Positions 50,835 through 62,162 of a DNA stretch of 64,000 nt are shown here, one piece after another. Below the pieces are notes generated by a model. The model worked only from the letters and a program-made list of their open reading frames with translations. It was not told where the DNA came from and searched no databases. Position 1 is the stretch's first letter; each line of letters opens with the position of its first letter. The translations under genes and the position numbers were made by a program. Origin of the DNA: Eledone cirrhosa (Eukaryota); assembly GCA_964016885.1 (NCBI GenBank), contig OZ024740.1, forward strand, positions 49,104,001 to 49,168,000. The letters run 5' to 3'.

Positions 50835-51167
50835 AATTAAAAGTTCTCATTAAAAAAAAAATGTTCTTCTTCTCTTCTCCCTCCCCCTTCTCATCTTCCT
50901 CCTTGGAATCAATATTCCTTAAAATTTCTGAAATAATTACTAAGGGCTTACCACACAAACACACACACTCACACACACACTCTAAAAGAAATAGAAGCAT
51001 GTCATAAAACCTGTAGTTGAATAATTGTGATTATTCAACTACATTGAAGTAGGTCAACAGAAATGTTGAATCAATAGCTAAATCTTAAGGAATAGTTACA
51101 CATGTTGGGGCGGGGATTGTGATAAACTGGAAAACAATAGCATATATAATGTAAGAGGATTGAATGT

Positions 51168-51440
51168 TGACAGTGGTGTTTGATAGTGTCTACACTGGTG
51201 TTTGACAGTGTTGATACAGTCAAACACTAACATAGACACTGTCAAACAGCAGTGTAGACACTGTCAAACAGCAGTGGAGACAGTCAAACACCAGTGTAGA
51301 CAGTCAAACACCAGTGTAGACAGTCAAACACCAATGTAGACAGTCAAACACCAGTGTTGATACTGTCAAACACCAGTGTAGACACTATCAAACAGCAGTG
51401 TAGACATTGTCAAACAGCAGTGTAGACACTGTCAAACATG
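51168..51440. repeat. 20-22-bp minisatellite (GTCAAACACCAGTGTAGACA) with inverted units at its left end
   Basis: 51168-51215 is the reverse complement of the units at 51219-51440. Confidence 0.85.
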
Positions 51441-51649
51441 ACACTGTAGCCACATTGGGCTATATAGACTCTAATGTACAAAAATATGGGATGGTCGTGT
51501 TTGTAGTGTCTTTGATAATAAGCCTGCTATATTAGTGGCTTGTCTGAATAAGTCAATTAAGACTGAAAAATGCCTACAGTTTTCATCTGTACTTGTCAGA
51601 TGTCAGAATAATACATAATTAATACATAATCATACATAAATATTTCTAA

Positions 51650-52532
51650 CTAACAGTGGTACCCCGCGTTGCACGGGATAAGATATTTTGGAACGCGGGC
51701 CGCCAATAGACCTAAAAACTGCATGCCTGGACAATATGTAAAGAAAATAAACCGAATACTCTGATGGCTGGATAATGTTTAAGATTTTCCTCGATCAAGC
51801 AGGAAAAATGCAGGTTTTCACCTAATGCGGGCCCTAGGGGATCAAGAAAATGAATTTTTTTTAATGTGCATAATATGCCTTGAAATTACGGGAAAATCGG
51901 CTAGACGTAGCGCCTCCAAAAAGCCATAAGAAGCTGAAAAAAATGAAGTTTTTCACCTAATGCGGGCCCTAGGCCATAAGAAAGTTGGATTTTCTTTGCT
52001 TACGGTATGAAGAAGAGACTGAATAATACATAGTTACAATTTCAAGGAAATCGGTCTGACGTAACGCCTCAAAAAACCTCTAAAAATGTTAAACAACGCA
52101 GTTTTTCGCTTAATGCGGGCCCTAGGAGATTAAAAAAAAGTTGAATTTTATGTGCATAACACTCTGAAACATAAGTAATGCACATGTAAAGTTTGAAAAA
52201 AATCGGTTGGGTACTTCTCGAGTTTTAGGGATTCAAAGTCACACACACACACAGACATCCTCAAGGAAGTGACGTAATGCAGAGACAGACATACAGACAG
52301 ATATTATAAGGGCGCGACGTTATAAGTATGTATCTATCTAAAGAGAGAAAGACTAAGAATTATAGAGCGAGATCGCTAAATCGCCTAATGTGGTCCCTGG
52401 AGCATAGAAAATTTGAAATTTTTTTTGCATTACATGTGTAAAGTTTGAAAACAGTCGGTTGGGTAGTTCTCGAGTTTTAGGGATTCGAACTCACACACAC
52501 ACAGACAGAATTCTCAGTTTTATATATATAGA
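51650..52532 (-). mobile_element. Non-autonomous Helitron-like element
   Basis: Minus strand starts TCTATATATA and ends with hairpin CCCGTGCAACGCGGGG then TTAG|T; internal subrepeats TAATGCGGGCCCTAGG. Confidence 0.65.
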
Positions 52533-53039
52533 CTAGCAGAAAACCACCCGGTGGGGGGTTTTCTGCTAGCAAATCTAGTGTATATACTGATATTGTTGAG
52601 ATTTGGATGAGAAATTGAACAAATCAAACGTATTAATCAAATCCTGCAGCTCCAGACTGAGGTTATGGAACTGCGCAATCTGATTAATAAATTACCTCAT
52701 CAGCAGCAACCTTCTTCAAATGGTCCTTATTATCAGCAGCAACAACCACAAATTCAATGGCAACCTTCTTTAAATGGTCCTTGGCATGGTGTCAGGTCAG
52801 AACCGCCTCGAACTGGTTACTTCTGGCTCGTGCAAGGTGTCTCTATAGCAACCAGCGTATCCCTCGGCCTCAGTGACCAAAGACAGTGGAGAGGGGAAGG
52901 TAATGTTTCTATAGTGACAGTGTTTCTCTTGGTAGTACCAAAGTGGAGAAAGGAAGGGGAAGGTAATATTTCTGTAGCACCTACATTTGAGTTTTAGGGA
53001 CGGACAGACAGACAGACAGACAAACAGAGAAATGCCCAT

Positions 53040-53046
53040 ATATTTC

Positions 53047-53077
<31 letters not shown>

Positions 53078-53103
53078 TACACACAGAAATGTATATATAT
53101 TTC

Positions 53104-53146
<43 letters not shown>

Positions 53147-53170
53147 CACACACAGAAATGTATATATATT

Positions 53171-53207
<37 letters not shown>

Positions 53208-53784
53208 TACACACACAGAAATATATATATATTTCTGTGTGTATATATATTTCTGTGTGTGTATATATATATATATTACACACACAGAAATGTATATATA
53301 TTTCTTAGAACAAAATTATTATTAATGTTTTGCTGTTCATAACAATTGGAATTGAAAAATTACTTTTGAAATTATTAGTTATTTTACTAATGCTTAGATA
53401 TGTAAAAATGAAGCAATGTTTCTAATAATTGTTTCTACTTTTGGCACAAGGCCAGCAATTATCCAGTACATTTCTGGTACTTCATTTTATCGACCCCGTG
53501 AGGATGAAAGGCAAAGTTAACCTCGGCGGTATTTGAACTCAGACCGTAAAGGGACGTAACTCCATGCTATGAAGTATGGTGTTCGACTCTCTACAGATTC
53601 TGCCAATCCACCGCCCTAATGTCTGTACGTAATGAGGGAGTGAGAGGGGAGAGAAAGAAAGGCAAAGGTGAAGTGACGAAGTGACTCTCTCCTCCTCCAT
53701 CTCCCCATTTGTCACAGCGATAGAGGGGAGGAATGTTAGTGAGTTAGTGAGAGAAACAGACAGACTAAAAGAGAGGGATAGCTG

Positions 53785-53815
<31 letters not shown>

Positions 53816-53910
53816 CAACAGATACAGTACGGTAGCTAAGGAATGTATATATATATATACATTTCTGTGTGTGTAATATATATATATATACACACAGAAA
53901 TATATATTTC

Positions 53911-53945
<35 letters not shown>

Positions 53946-54075
53946 TACACACACAGAAATGTATATATATTTCTGTGTGTGTATATATATATATATATTA
54001 CACACACAGAAATAAATGTATATATATTTCTGTGTGTATATATATATATATATTACACACACAGAAATGTATATA
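53040..54075. repeat. Compound satellite TTTCTG(TG)n(TA)nTACAC(AC)nAGAAA in two blocks (53040-53300, 53845-54075)
   Basis: Direct reading; a SINE sits between the blocks. Confidence 0.85.
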
Positions 54076-55505
54076 TGTTTCTGTAGCACTCCTCAATTCC
54101 CCCCTCTCTCCCTCCCGCTATCCCCCTCTTGTAGTCTCTCTTTCTTTCACTCTCACTCTCTCTCTACGCGTGCGCAAAAAACATTCGCACGCGCGCACGT
54201 GTTTTAGCGTCTATTCACTCTCTCTCTCTCTCCCGCTATCCCCCTCTCGTAGTCTGTCTCTTTCTTTCACTCTCACTCTCTCTTTACGCGTGCGCAAAAA
54301 CATTCGCACGCGCGCACGTGTTTCCACTGTCGGACAGACAGACAGAGAAATTGCTGGTTATATATTATAAGGAGATTAGCAAACTTCATTAAATATGTTA
54401 AAACTTGTTTATTTTGCCGTTATTGAAGATTGACCTTATTATATTTACCCAACGACACATATTCACTTAACATTTTGGCTCGATTATGCTTTACTGAGAT
54501 CTAATTCTAGATTTTTGTTGTATAAAATTTAGTTATTGTTGTATAATCTCAACTCACACACTAGGTCAACTCTGAGTGAGCAGGTCTATAATTGAAGGCC
54601 CTTCAGCCACGACAGTCTTTTTTTTTCAGATATAGTGCAATGAACAGTTTATTTTTTAGTGGGTTGGGTGTAATTTGAAAGAGATTTCGCTGTTTTCTAA
54701 CAGATTGTTGTATAGCTCCAAGTCTGCTCTGGTTGAATAGATTTTTGATCAAATACCATAACCATCCCTTCTTTTTGTTTAAATAGTATGATATATTTGA
54801 GGCTGCTATTACTAGCAGATGCAATGACACTTCACATTTGTAATTTGTTGATATTGGCTGTTCTGTTTTTAGTTTCTAACGATTTGACATGTTGATGACT
54901 GACAGATCAGAACATTTATCTTATGGATCTTCATTGAATGTAATTTTGTAGCGACTTTAATTCAATACAATAATATCAACAATGAGTAAACAAGTTATTT
55001 AATGTGTAGATAGCTAAGCAGTCTAAAAATACGTGTGACCATGTAATTCACAGCGAGATATAGCGTGATAGAGTGTGTGATAAGGTTGGTCCTTTAAATT
55101 ACAGCTAGTCCACCTGATGGACTTTCAAATAGTTTCTGTCTATATCATTTCATTCACAAGGCATGGATTCACACAATGCAATGGTAAATAAAACAAGCCC
55201 AAGATGAGGCACTATGGGATCAAATCTGGAAGCTAATGATTGTGAAGCAGCCCTCTTAACCATCTGGCCATGCTGCATCCACTCTATACAAAGATAAAAA
55301 AACTTCACATGATGATATTAACATTTTATCTATACAAGGTATCGAAGCTGAACATCATCTATATCAATTTAACCAATGGCTATGAAGTGCGTGGAGGAAG
55401 TTCTTGGATACCCAACGAAATTCTCTTCACACTTTGTATATAAAATACTACCGCGAAATACAACAAAAGTGAATATGTTAGCTCGTATCACCCGCATGAT
55501 GGGAT

Positions 55506-55578
55506 GGTCGCGTGGCCTAATGGATAAGGCGTCTGACTTCGAATCAGAAGATTGCGAGTTCGGGTCTCGTCGTGGTCG
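55506..55578 (+). tRNA. tRNA-Arg (anticodon UCG)
   Basis: GGTCGCG TG GCCT AATGGATA AGGC G TCTGA CTTCGAA TCAGA AGATT GCGAG TTCGGGT CTCGT CGTGGTC G forms a 73-nt cloverleaf; T8 run follows at 55582. Confidence 0.9.
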
Positions 55579-55581
55579 CAG

Positions 55582-55589
55582 TTTTTTTT
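55582..55589 (+). terminator. Pol III oligo-T terminator of the tRNA gene
   Basis: T8 run 3 nt after the discriminator base. Confidence 0.75.
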
Positions 55590-56614
55590 AAAAGGGCCTC
55601 AGCCAGATGGCTGGAAGAGGTAAAAGAGTATGATATCCTTGGGTTATATCCCCTTCCGTTTTATGTTGTGTTGTCATACCAGTGTATGTACAGACTGTAT
55701 ATGCATAAATATTATATCTTCTTTGATCTAGGAGAAAGATCCTATATTTTTATAATGAGACATAGAGGCACCGTCATACTGCGTGTCTAGGGTACAATTA
55801 AACCTGGCTGAGCCCAACCCAACATAGCCGATTTTTTTCTATAGAGGAAGAATCAACCCCAGTACTGGTACTTTTTAGGGACCTCGAAAGGTAAAGTTGA
55901 CCACGGCGTGATTTGAAGTTAGAGAGCGCAAAGAGGTGGGACGAATACCGTAAAGTATTCTATACGAAGTTTTAACGACTATCTTTGATCTAGCAGACAT
56001 GTTAATGAGTAATGTCAAATAAAGATGAAACTCTTTTCGCCTTCATTAACTGTTTCCAATTTTATTAAGACCCTGGTACGACAGCTCATGAAAGAAAAGA
56101 AAGCTAAAAACAATTTCTTTTCCCTATTAGATTGTGAGTTGTCCCACTTGTTGTTTGGTGTTATTAAACATTGTTCAACGTTTATATCTTGTAGATATGT
56201 GTTCACTCTCGTTTACTTGAGGTTATCGTGCTCACCACATTAACTATGTTATCACTCTCAGGTCTTGAATAATCGTCCCCACTGCCACTTATTAATTTTT
56301 TAGATTTCTTCCATCCCTTCCCCGCTTATTAAATTACGAACGTACACTATACAACCCCCCCCCCCCCTTCCGTTTATTCCAAACCCCAACCCCCTTACAC
56401 CCCACTATTATTTGGGACCCGAGAGTACATAATCATTATGAATATAATCGTATATGTGCGCTTCAAATATCTACTATGATCCTTCTATGGTGTAATAATT
56501 TCAGTTTCAACACGTTTAGTGTTCAAAATCACTTTCCTAACAAGTACAACTCGGAAGAAACAAAAAAGAATGTCTACAAAAATAGTGTGAGGTAGAATTA
56601 TTTTTAGTACAGAC

Positions 56615-56661
<47 letters not shown>

Positions 56662-57344
56662 TATATATATACACACATACATATATATACACACACATAT
56701 ATATACACACACATACATATATACACACACACACACATATATATATACACACATACATATATACACACACATATATATACACACACATACATATATACAC
56801 ACACACACATATATATACACACACACACATATATATATATATTTAATACAATAACAGAGATAGCTTAACACTAAACTCCGACTGGTAACCATCTCACTCA
56901 ACAAACATTAGGTTATATGTTAGTATAACCCAATTTAAGTGTTTGGGGTGCTAACTATATGTATTTTGTGGAAAACCAGTTGTATTATTTTATGAGATAT
57001 AATTAAAGTTAAAATACATCTCTCTTTCCAAACAATTGTTTCATTATAAGTTTTCTACAAGTTGGGAGAATGTTTCCAGTTTATGTAGAAGCCTAACTTA
57101 TATTCATGTAAGAATATATTTAGGTGGGCACTTATACATCTTCAGTGGAAGCTCATTAAACTTTGATATAAGAAAAAATTCTTACCGCAGTTAAAAATCG
57201 TATCTGCTAAGCCGCTCCCTCACGCATCGAATGACCGCCAAATTAGAAATACCAGCAGTCTTTTGACTGTGGAAGTTTAATAGCGTCACGAAGCGGGAAA
57301 GGGAGACAACCACAATACACGAGAAAAGAAAAAAATAATATACA

Positions 57345-57772
57345 CTCGGGTTAATTAGTTTTTTCAAAAACATTATCAATCCAACGTGTTAAGAACTCAA
57401 TTGAAATTAAAAAAATAAATGTATGCGTGTATTAATTACACACGCATATAGATATTTTCTTAGGCTAAAAACAGAAGTGATACCAGAATAATGAACCGCA
57501 TCACATCACCGCAGCAAATACGGAAGGTTACGCTTTAAAGGCAATTGGGAATGTAAATCTCTGGCCAAATTAAGAGTAAAATATTTAACACACGCGGGTT
57601 AATTAGTTATTTAAAACTATTATCAATTCCACGTGTTAAGAACTCAATTAATTAAAAAAAATAAATGTATGCATGTAATTATTTACACACGCATATATAC
57701 ATTTTCTTAGGCTAAAAACAGAGAAGTGACAACCAAAAAACTTCCATATCTCACAACAGTAACAAATACGGA
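57345..57772. repeat. About 245-bp-period direct duplication
   Basis: CGGGTTAATTAGTT...ACGTGTTAAGAACTCAATT...TTTTCTTAGGCTAAAAACAG...ACAAATACGGAA recurs near 57347 and 57595. Confidence 0.8.
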
Positions 57773-57782
57773 AAGTCAATAT

Positions 57783-57910
57783 ATATTTAATATAGAAAGG
57801 CTTCTACAGGACTAGAACTGATTCATTCCGGAGAAATCATCAGGAAGCCCTGATGATTTCTCCGGAATAAAACAGTTCTAGTCCTGTAGAAGCCTTTCTA
57901 TATTAAATAT
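57783..57910. repeat. 128-bp palindrome (62-bp arms, 2 mismatches, AAGC spacer)
   Basis: 57783-57844 is the reverse complement of 57849-57910. Confidence 0.95.
57799..57849 (-). ncRNA. Type I hammerhead ribozyme motif (one core substitution)
   Basis: GGCUUC CUGAUGA UUUCUCCGGAAU GAAU CAG uucuaguc CUG UA GAAGCC: stem I GGCUUC/GAAGCC, stem III CAG/CUG, GUA triplet. Confidence 0.65.
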
Positions 57911-57975
57911 TTATACTCTGCTTTGTATTGAGTACCTTACTTACTGTGGTTACTCCCGATTGAACCCGGGATAAA

Positions 57976-58026
<51 letters not shown>

Positions 58027-58159
58027 ATACTTTGGGAGTGTCATGTTGCCAATAAGAAACACACGCACCAGTTGCTTTCACTTCAATTTATTATTATAAT
58101 AAATTTATAAATTTCTGGTTGGTTGGTTGGTTCCACAACCAGATAGTTGTTTATATATT

Positions 58160-58202
58160 GTCATAGTTCTTTCGTCACACACTCTGTGACCTCTTCAGTG
58201 AC
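58160..58202 (-). ncRNA. Minimal type I hammerhead ribozyme in the Penelope pLTR
   Basis: GUCA CUGAAGA G GUCACA gagug UGUGAC GAAA G aa C UA UGAC: stem I GUCA/UGAC, 6-bp stem II, minimal stem III, CUA triplet; sense to the element ORF. Confidence 0.75.
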
Positions 58203-58403
58203 TGGGGATTCCTTTCTTTGTTTCTGTGCATCTCCTTTGTTCTGTCCTACGCCATTTTGTTTCTGTGTGTGTGTTGTGTGCTCAGTCTGCGCATGCGCCA
58301 CATCCGGGTGTCTGTGTGTGTTTATGTTCATTTATTTATTTGTTTATTTACATGTTACTGGTTGGTTGTTTGTTCTATGTGTGTGTGTGTTTTCATTTTG
58401 TCC

Positions 58404-61400
58404 TTAATTGTAAGTTGTGATGTTGCTGTTCCACTCATATTTTCTATTTAATTTTGGTTGTAATTCTTTTATGTTTATTGCCTCTGTAATTTGTCTAAAC
58501 ATTGCGTCTTTTCTGTGTGTAGATTCTATTTTTATTTCTATGTTCTCTAATTTACCCTTGTGTTCTATTTTAGCATGTTGATAGAGTACAGATGATTCTT
58601 TACTATCTTGAAGGTCTCGCCAGTGTTCATTTATCCGTTCCCCTACACTACGAGCTGTCTCACCTATGTACACTATATTTTTGTCTCTACATTGTCCTTC
58701 AGTACATATTATGCTATACACTACATTTCTAGTTTTACAGTTAATATGGGGGCTTATTTTACAGGTTATACATTTCTTATCTATACATGAGGGTCTTTGA
58801 AAAGGGTATGTCTTGCTAATAAGTGTTTTTACGGAGGTACCTGGTCTTTCTAATATTGAGTTTATGTTTATTTAGGGCCCTTCTAAATTTGTAAGCTAAT
58901 TCACCTCTAGGGGTTGTATCGATGAACATTACACTCTGGTATTTATTGCTATCATACCATGAGTTTATTCTATTAGCCTTGTTCCTAGTTCTTTCTATTC
59001 TATTCCAAAATTTGCTCCTATACAAGGGGCAGGTCCCATTTATGTCATTATTTACCATTTTTTCCCATTTGGTTCTGGCTCCTCTATACACTCTGATTTT
59101 ATCTCTCTGATTGTAGCCAGAGAACTGCATACTGTGGATGAAGTGTTGTATGTGTCTCAATACTTCTTCGGGATTGCACATGCGGGACACGTTTCTCATC
59201 ACCCGTACCAAATCCGCAATCAGTATGTTGATTTTGGTATGGTCCGAAACGGCCGAGTTTCGGTGGATCAGATGTTTGGAAGTCATGGGTTTGGCATAAT
59301 GGGAATGGAGGATTTGTTTTTTGTTATTAATGGTATCTGACTAGAGCTCTGTGTCTAGTACAGGTAATCGATGGTTGGGGTGTTTACTTGGGTAGTCTAT
59401 AGTAACTCTAATGCTCTGGTGGATGGAGTTAGCTATTTGCTGGATGCTTTCCATTGTGTTTTTCTCTAGTTCCTGACTGTTCTCTAGTGGGGGTGTCTTA
59501 ACTACGATGTTTATATCATCAACGTAGCGGGAGTACATTATCAGGGTTAAGGGGTCTTCTAATTGTTCTTTAAGTTTAAGTTTAAGTCTACTGTCCCACC
59601 ATACCATGAATAAGTTAGCTATGTCGCCTGCAATGCTAACACCAATGGCTGCTCCTTCCTCTTGGGCATATGTTTTTCCATTAAATTTGAACACATGTTC
59701 CTTAAGGGTTAGTTTTATGCTGGCCCCTACCGCATGTGCAATCATTTTCTTCAGTTCATCGTGGTTTTCGGGTGTCCGTATGGCTCTGGTCCACCCGTTC
59801 CATCTATCTGTGTGGGTTTTCTTGGCCATTGAGGTAATGGTAGGTGGTCTGCCTCTTGCTGGTCTTGTAGGGCACAGGTTGCTAAGGTCATATGTGTCTA
59901 GGTAATTATTACTATAGGTAAGTTTAAGTAGGAGTCCCAGCTCACTGGTATCAATCCCACGGAACTCAACATTGCTCTCACTGATCATTTCTACACATTT
60001 CTCCACAGCAAAATCCACGTCAATAGATGGATACAGGGACACAACATAACATCCATACTACCTATTATGCAGTTTGTTAGGTCCCTAGATCGGTTACTCA
60101 CGCCGATTCTGCTGAGGAGGTCCTCCGTGCTGTCACATACATCTGGGGACATTTCGATGATGGGGCGTATGATCAGGGAGAGGAAGTAGGACAGTCTGTA
60201 GTTACTAGCAATGTTAGCTCCACAGACTGGCCGTGTTGGTGGTCCCGCGACAGGGTCACTGCCCGTTTTATGGTCTTTTTCGAAGCCCATACAACGCCGG
60301 CACATCATTGTTCCAGGCCTGGAAGTTGTTGGCAGTCCTTTTGTTGGGCTGCATTATATTCGTCCACATCACCATATGGGCATTGAGGGCTTTTTCTCTA
60401 TCCTCATGCTCCTGTGGCGTTACCTCTCTTGTGTTAGTGATGTGGGGTTGCATTGCCTGGATGTAGTTTGGCAGGCAGTCAACCGACATTCTGCCAGACT
60501 TGTCTGTTGGAAAGCATGCTATCTCTCCATTACGCGAGCGCTGCATGAGCTTACGCAAGCCATTTGCAGATTTTTCTCCCAGTTGCTGGGCCTCCATTCT
60601 ATTATGCTTCTTGCTATACTGTTCTATAATATTTCTAAGTTCGGATCTAGCTATACTAAATTGTGCTTCTGTTTGTTCATCGACCTGCGACGGCAATTGC
60701 GTGCATTTGTTAAATGGTAAAGTCGTGGCGTGGACTCGTCGCAGGTCGAACGATTTATTGGAGGGATTATAAAAACTAGAGTTCCTGGCTGCTGCTTTAT
60801 GTGTACTAGTGCTATTGTTATTGTTAGTTGTGTTGTTTCTATTTCTATTTCCACCAACAGCCTCATGGTTGTTTCTATGTCTCTCATAATTACTCCTGTC
60901 TCTTTCCACTGGCTCATTGTTGTTATCTACCCTATTTTGTGTGTCTGTGTGTTCGTCTTGGTTATTTTCTTTGTCCTTAGTCTCCCTTCTCCTTTTAATC
61001 CTATTACTTTCCCTTATTTCTGTGATTTCTGTGCTACTGTCATTACTTGTTTTCTGTGTCTGTGTGTTTGTTAAGATTGTGATGGTGGTGAGAGGTATTG
61101 AATGTGTGTGTGTTGTTGTTGTTGATGTGTGCTGTTGTTGATGTGTGTTGTTGTTGTCTCCGTGTGTGTTATTATTGTTGTGTGTGTTGTTATTGTTGTT
61201 TGTGTCTGCGTGTCTGTTGTTGTTTCTGGGTATATCATTATTGTTGTTGTTGGTGTGTGTGTTGTTGTTATTGTTGTTTGTGGCTGTGTGTCTGTTGTTG
61301 TTGGGATGTGTGTTGTATATGTGTGTGCGTATATTGTTGCTTTTGTTTTTGTTTTTGTTTTTGAGGCTCCAGCGTAGTTTTGTAAATGATTTTTCTATTT

Positions 61401-61875
61401 CTGACAGACAACTAATCATATTTACCTTCTTGAATGTCGCATACTTAGGTGGAAGTTGTAATGCAGATAATTCATCGTCATCTATTATTGTGTTGCCGTA
61501 TATATTTGTGTTGTTGTTGTTGTTGAACTCATCTGTTAATGAGGTGTCGGCCATATTTATACCGTCAATTTTGTCGGGATATCTATTGGTATTCTCTATA
61601 GTATCCTGATTTAGCTTTATCTGCTTAAGCCACTTTAGTTTCTTGTTAAAGTGCTTATCACATTCTTGAGTAATGTACTGTTCTTCAGGACGTATAAGGC
61701 TTATAAATATTAGTTTCTCTCTTGGTGTGGTGATCCTAGCTATTTCTTGTATTAGGTTACGCTTATGTTTTTCTTGATGACTTAATTCTCTACAGATCTT
61801 TTTTATGTTTAGAATTAGTGTTCGTTTTAGCCTATCTGCTTGTTTTTTGGTGAGTTGTAATCTTCTTACGTCGGT
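58404..61875 (-). pseudogene. Penelope-like RT/GIY-YIG polyprotein, disrupted
   Basis: Frame open from 61875; frameshifts near 60280, 60045 and 58840; TAG at 59341-59343 (DTEL*SD, probably ex-Trp); stop at 58404. Confidence 0.88.
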
Positions 61876-62131
61876 GCTGAAGAGGTCACAGAGTGTGTGA
61901 CGAAAGAACTATGACAATATATAAACAACTATCTGGTTGTGGAACCAACCAACCAACCAGAAATTTATAAATTTATAAATTTATTATAAATTTATTATAA
62001 TAATAAATTGAAGTGAAAGCAACTGGTGCGTGTGTTTCTTATTGGCAACATGACCCTCCCAAAGTATAACAATATCGGTTTCAACACACGATTTCAGATA
62101 AAGAATCTTGCTAAACAAATTCAGAAACGAA

Positions 62132-62162
<31 letters not shown>

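Larger units (their letters stand above)
58021..62073 (-). mobile_element. Penelope-like retroelement, 5'-truncated, with inverted pseudo-LTRs
   Basis: RT (PTDKSG, SMDV..SLYPSI, G-AIG, RYVDD, LPVLD), Cys linker, C-terminal GIY-YIG (VVYSIIC..YIGETAR..ERINEH..EAINI..LN); repeats 58021-58198 and 61877-62073 are inverted. Confidence 0.92.

Noticed and set aside
51219-51440. 20-22-bp repeat array as CRISPR
   Set aside because: Head-to-tail minisatellite without spacers.
52665-52997. Gln-rich 110-aa ORF
   Set aside because: Lies among Helitron-like and tandem repeats; no recognisable domain or splice support.
59341-59343. In-frame stop in the Penelope ORF as selenocysteine recoding
   Set aside because: The codon is TAG, not TGA, probably a mutated Trp; the nuclease is C-terminal, unlike the Naiad elements reported to use Sec.
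61877-61915. Hammerhead in the inverted pLTR as an active ribozyme
   Set aside because: The 5' strand of stem I is replaced (GGTG instead of GTCA), so stem I cannot form in cis.
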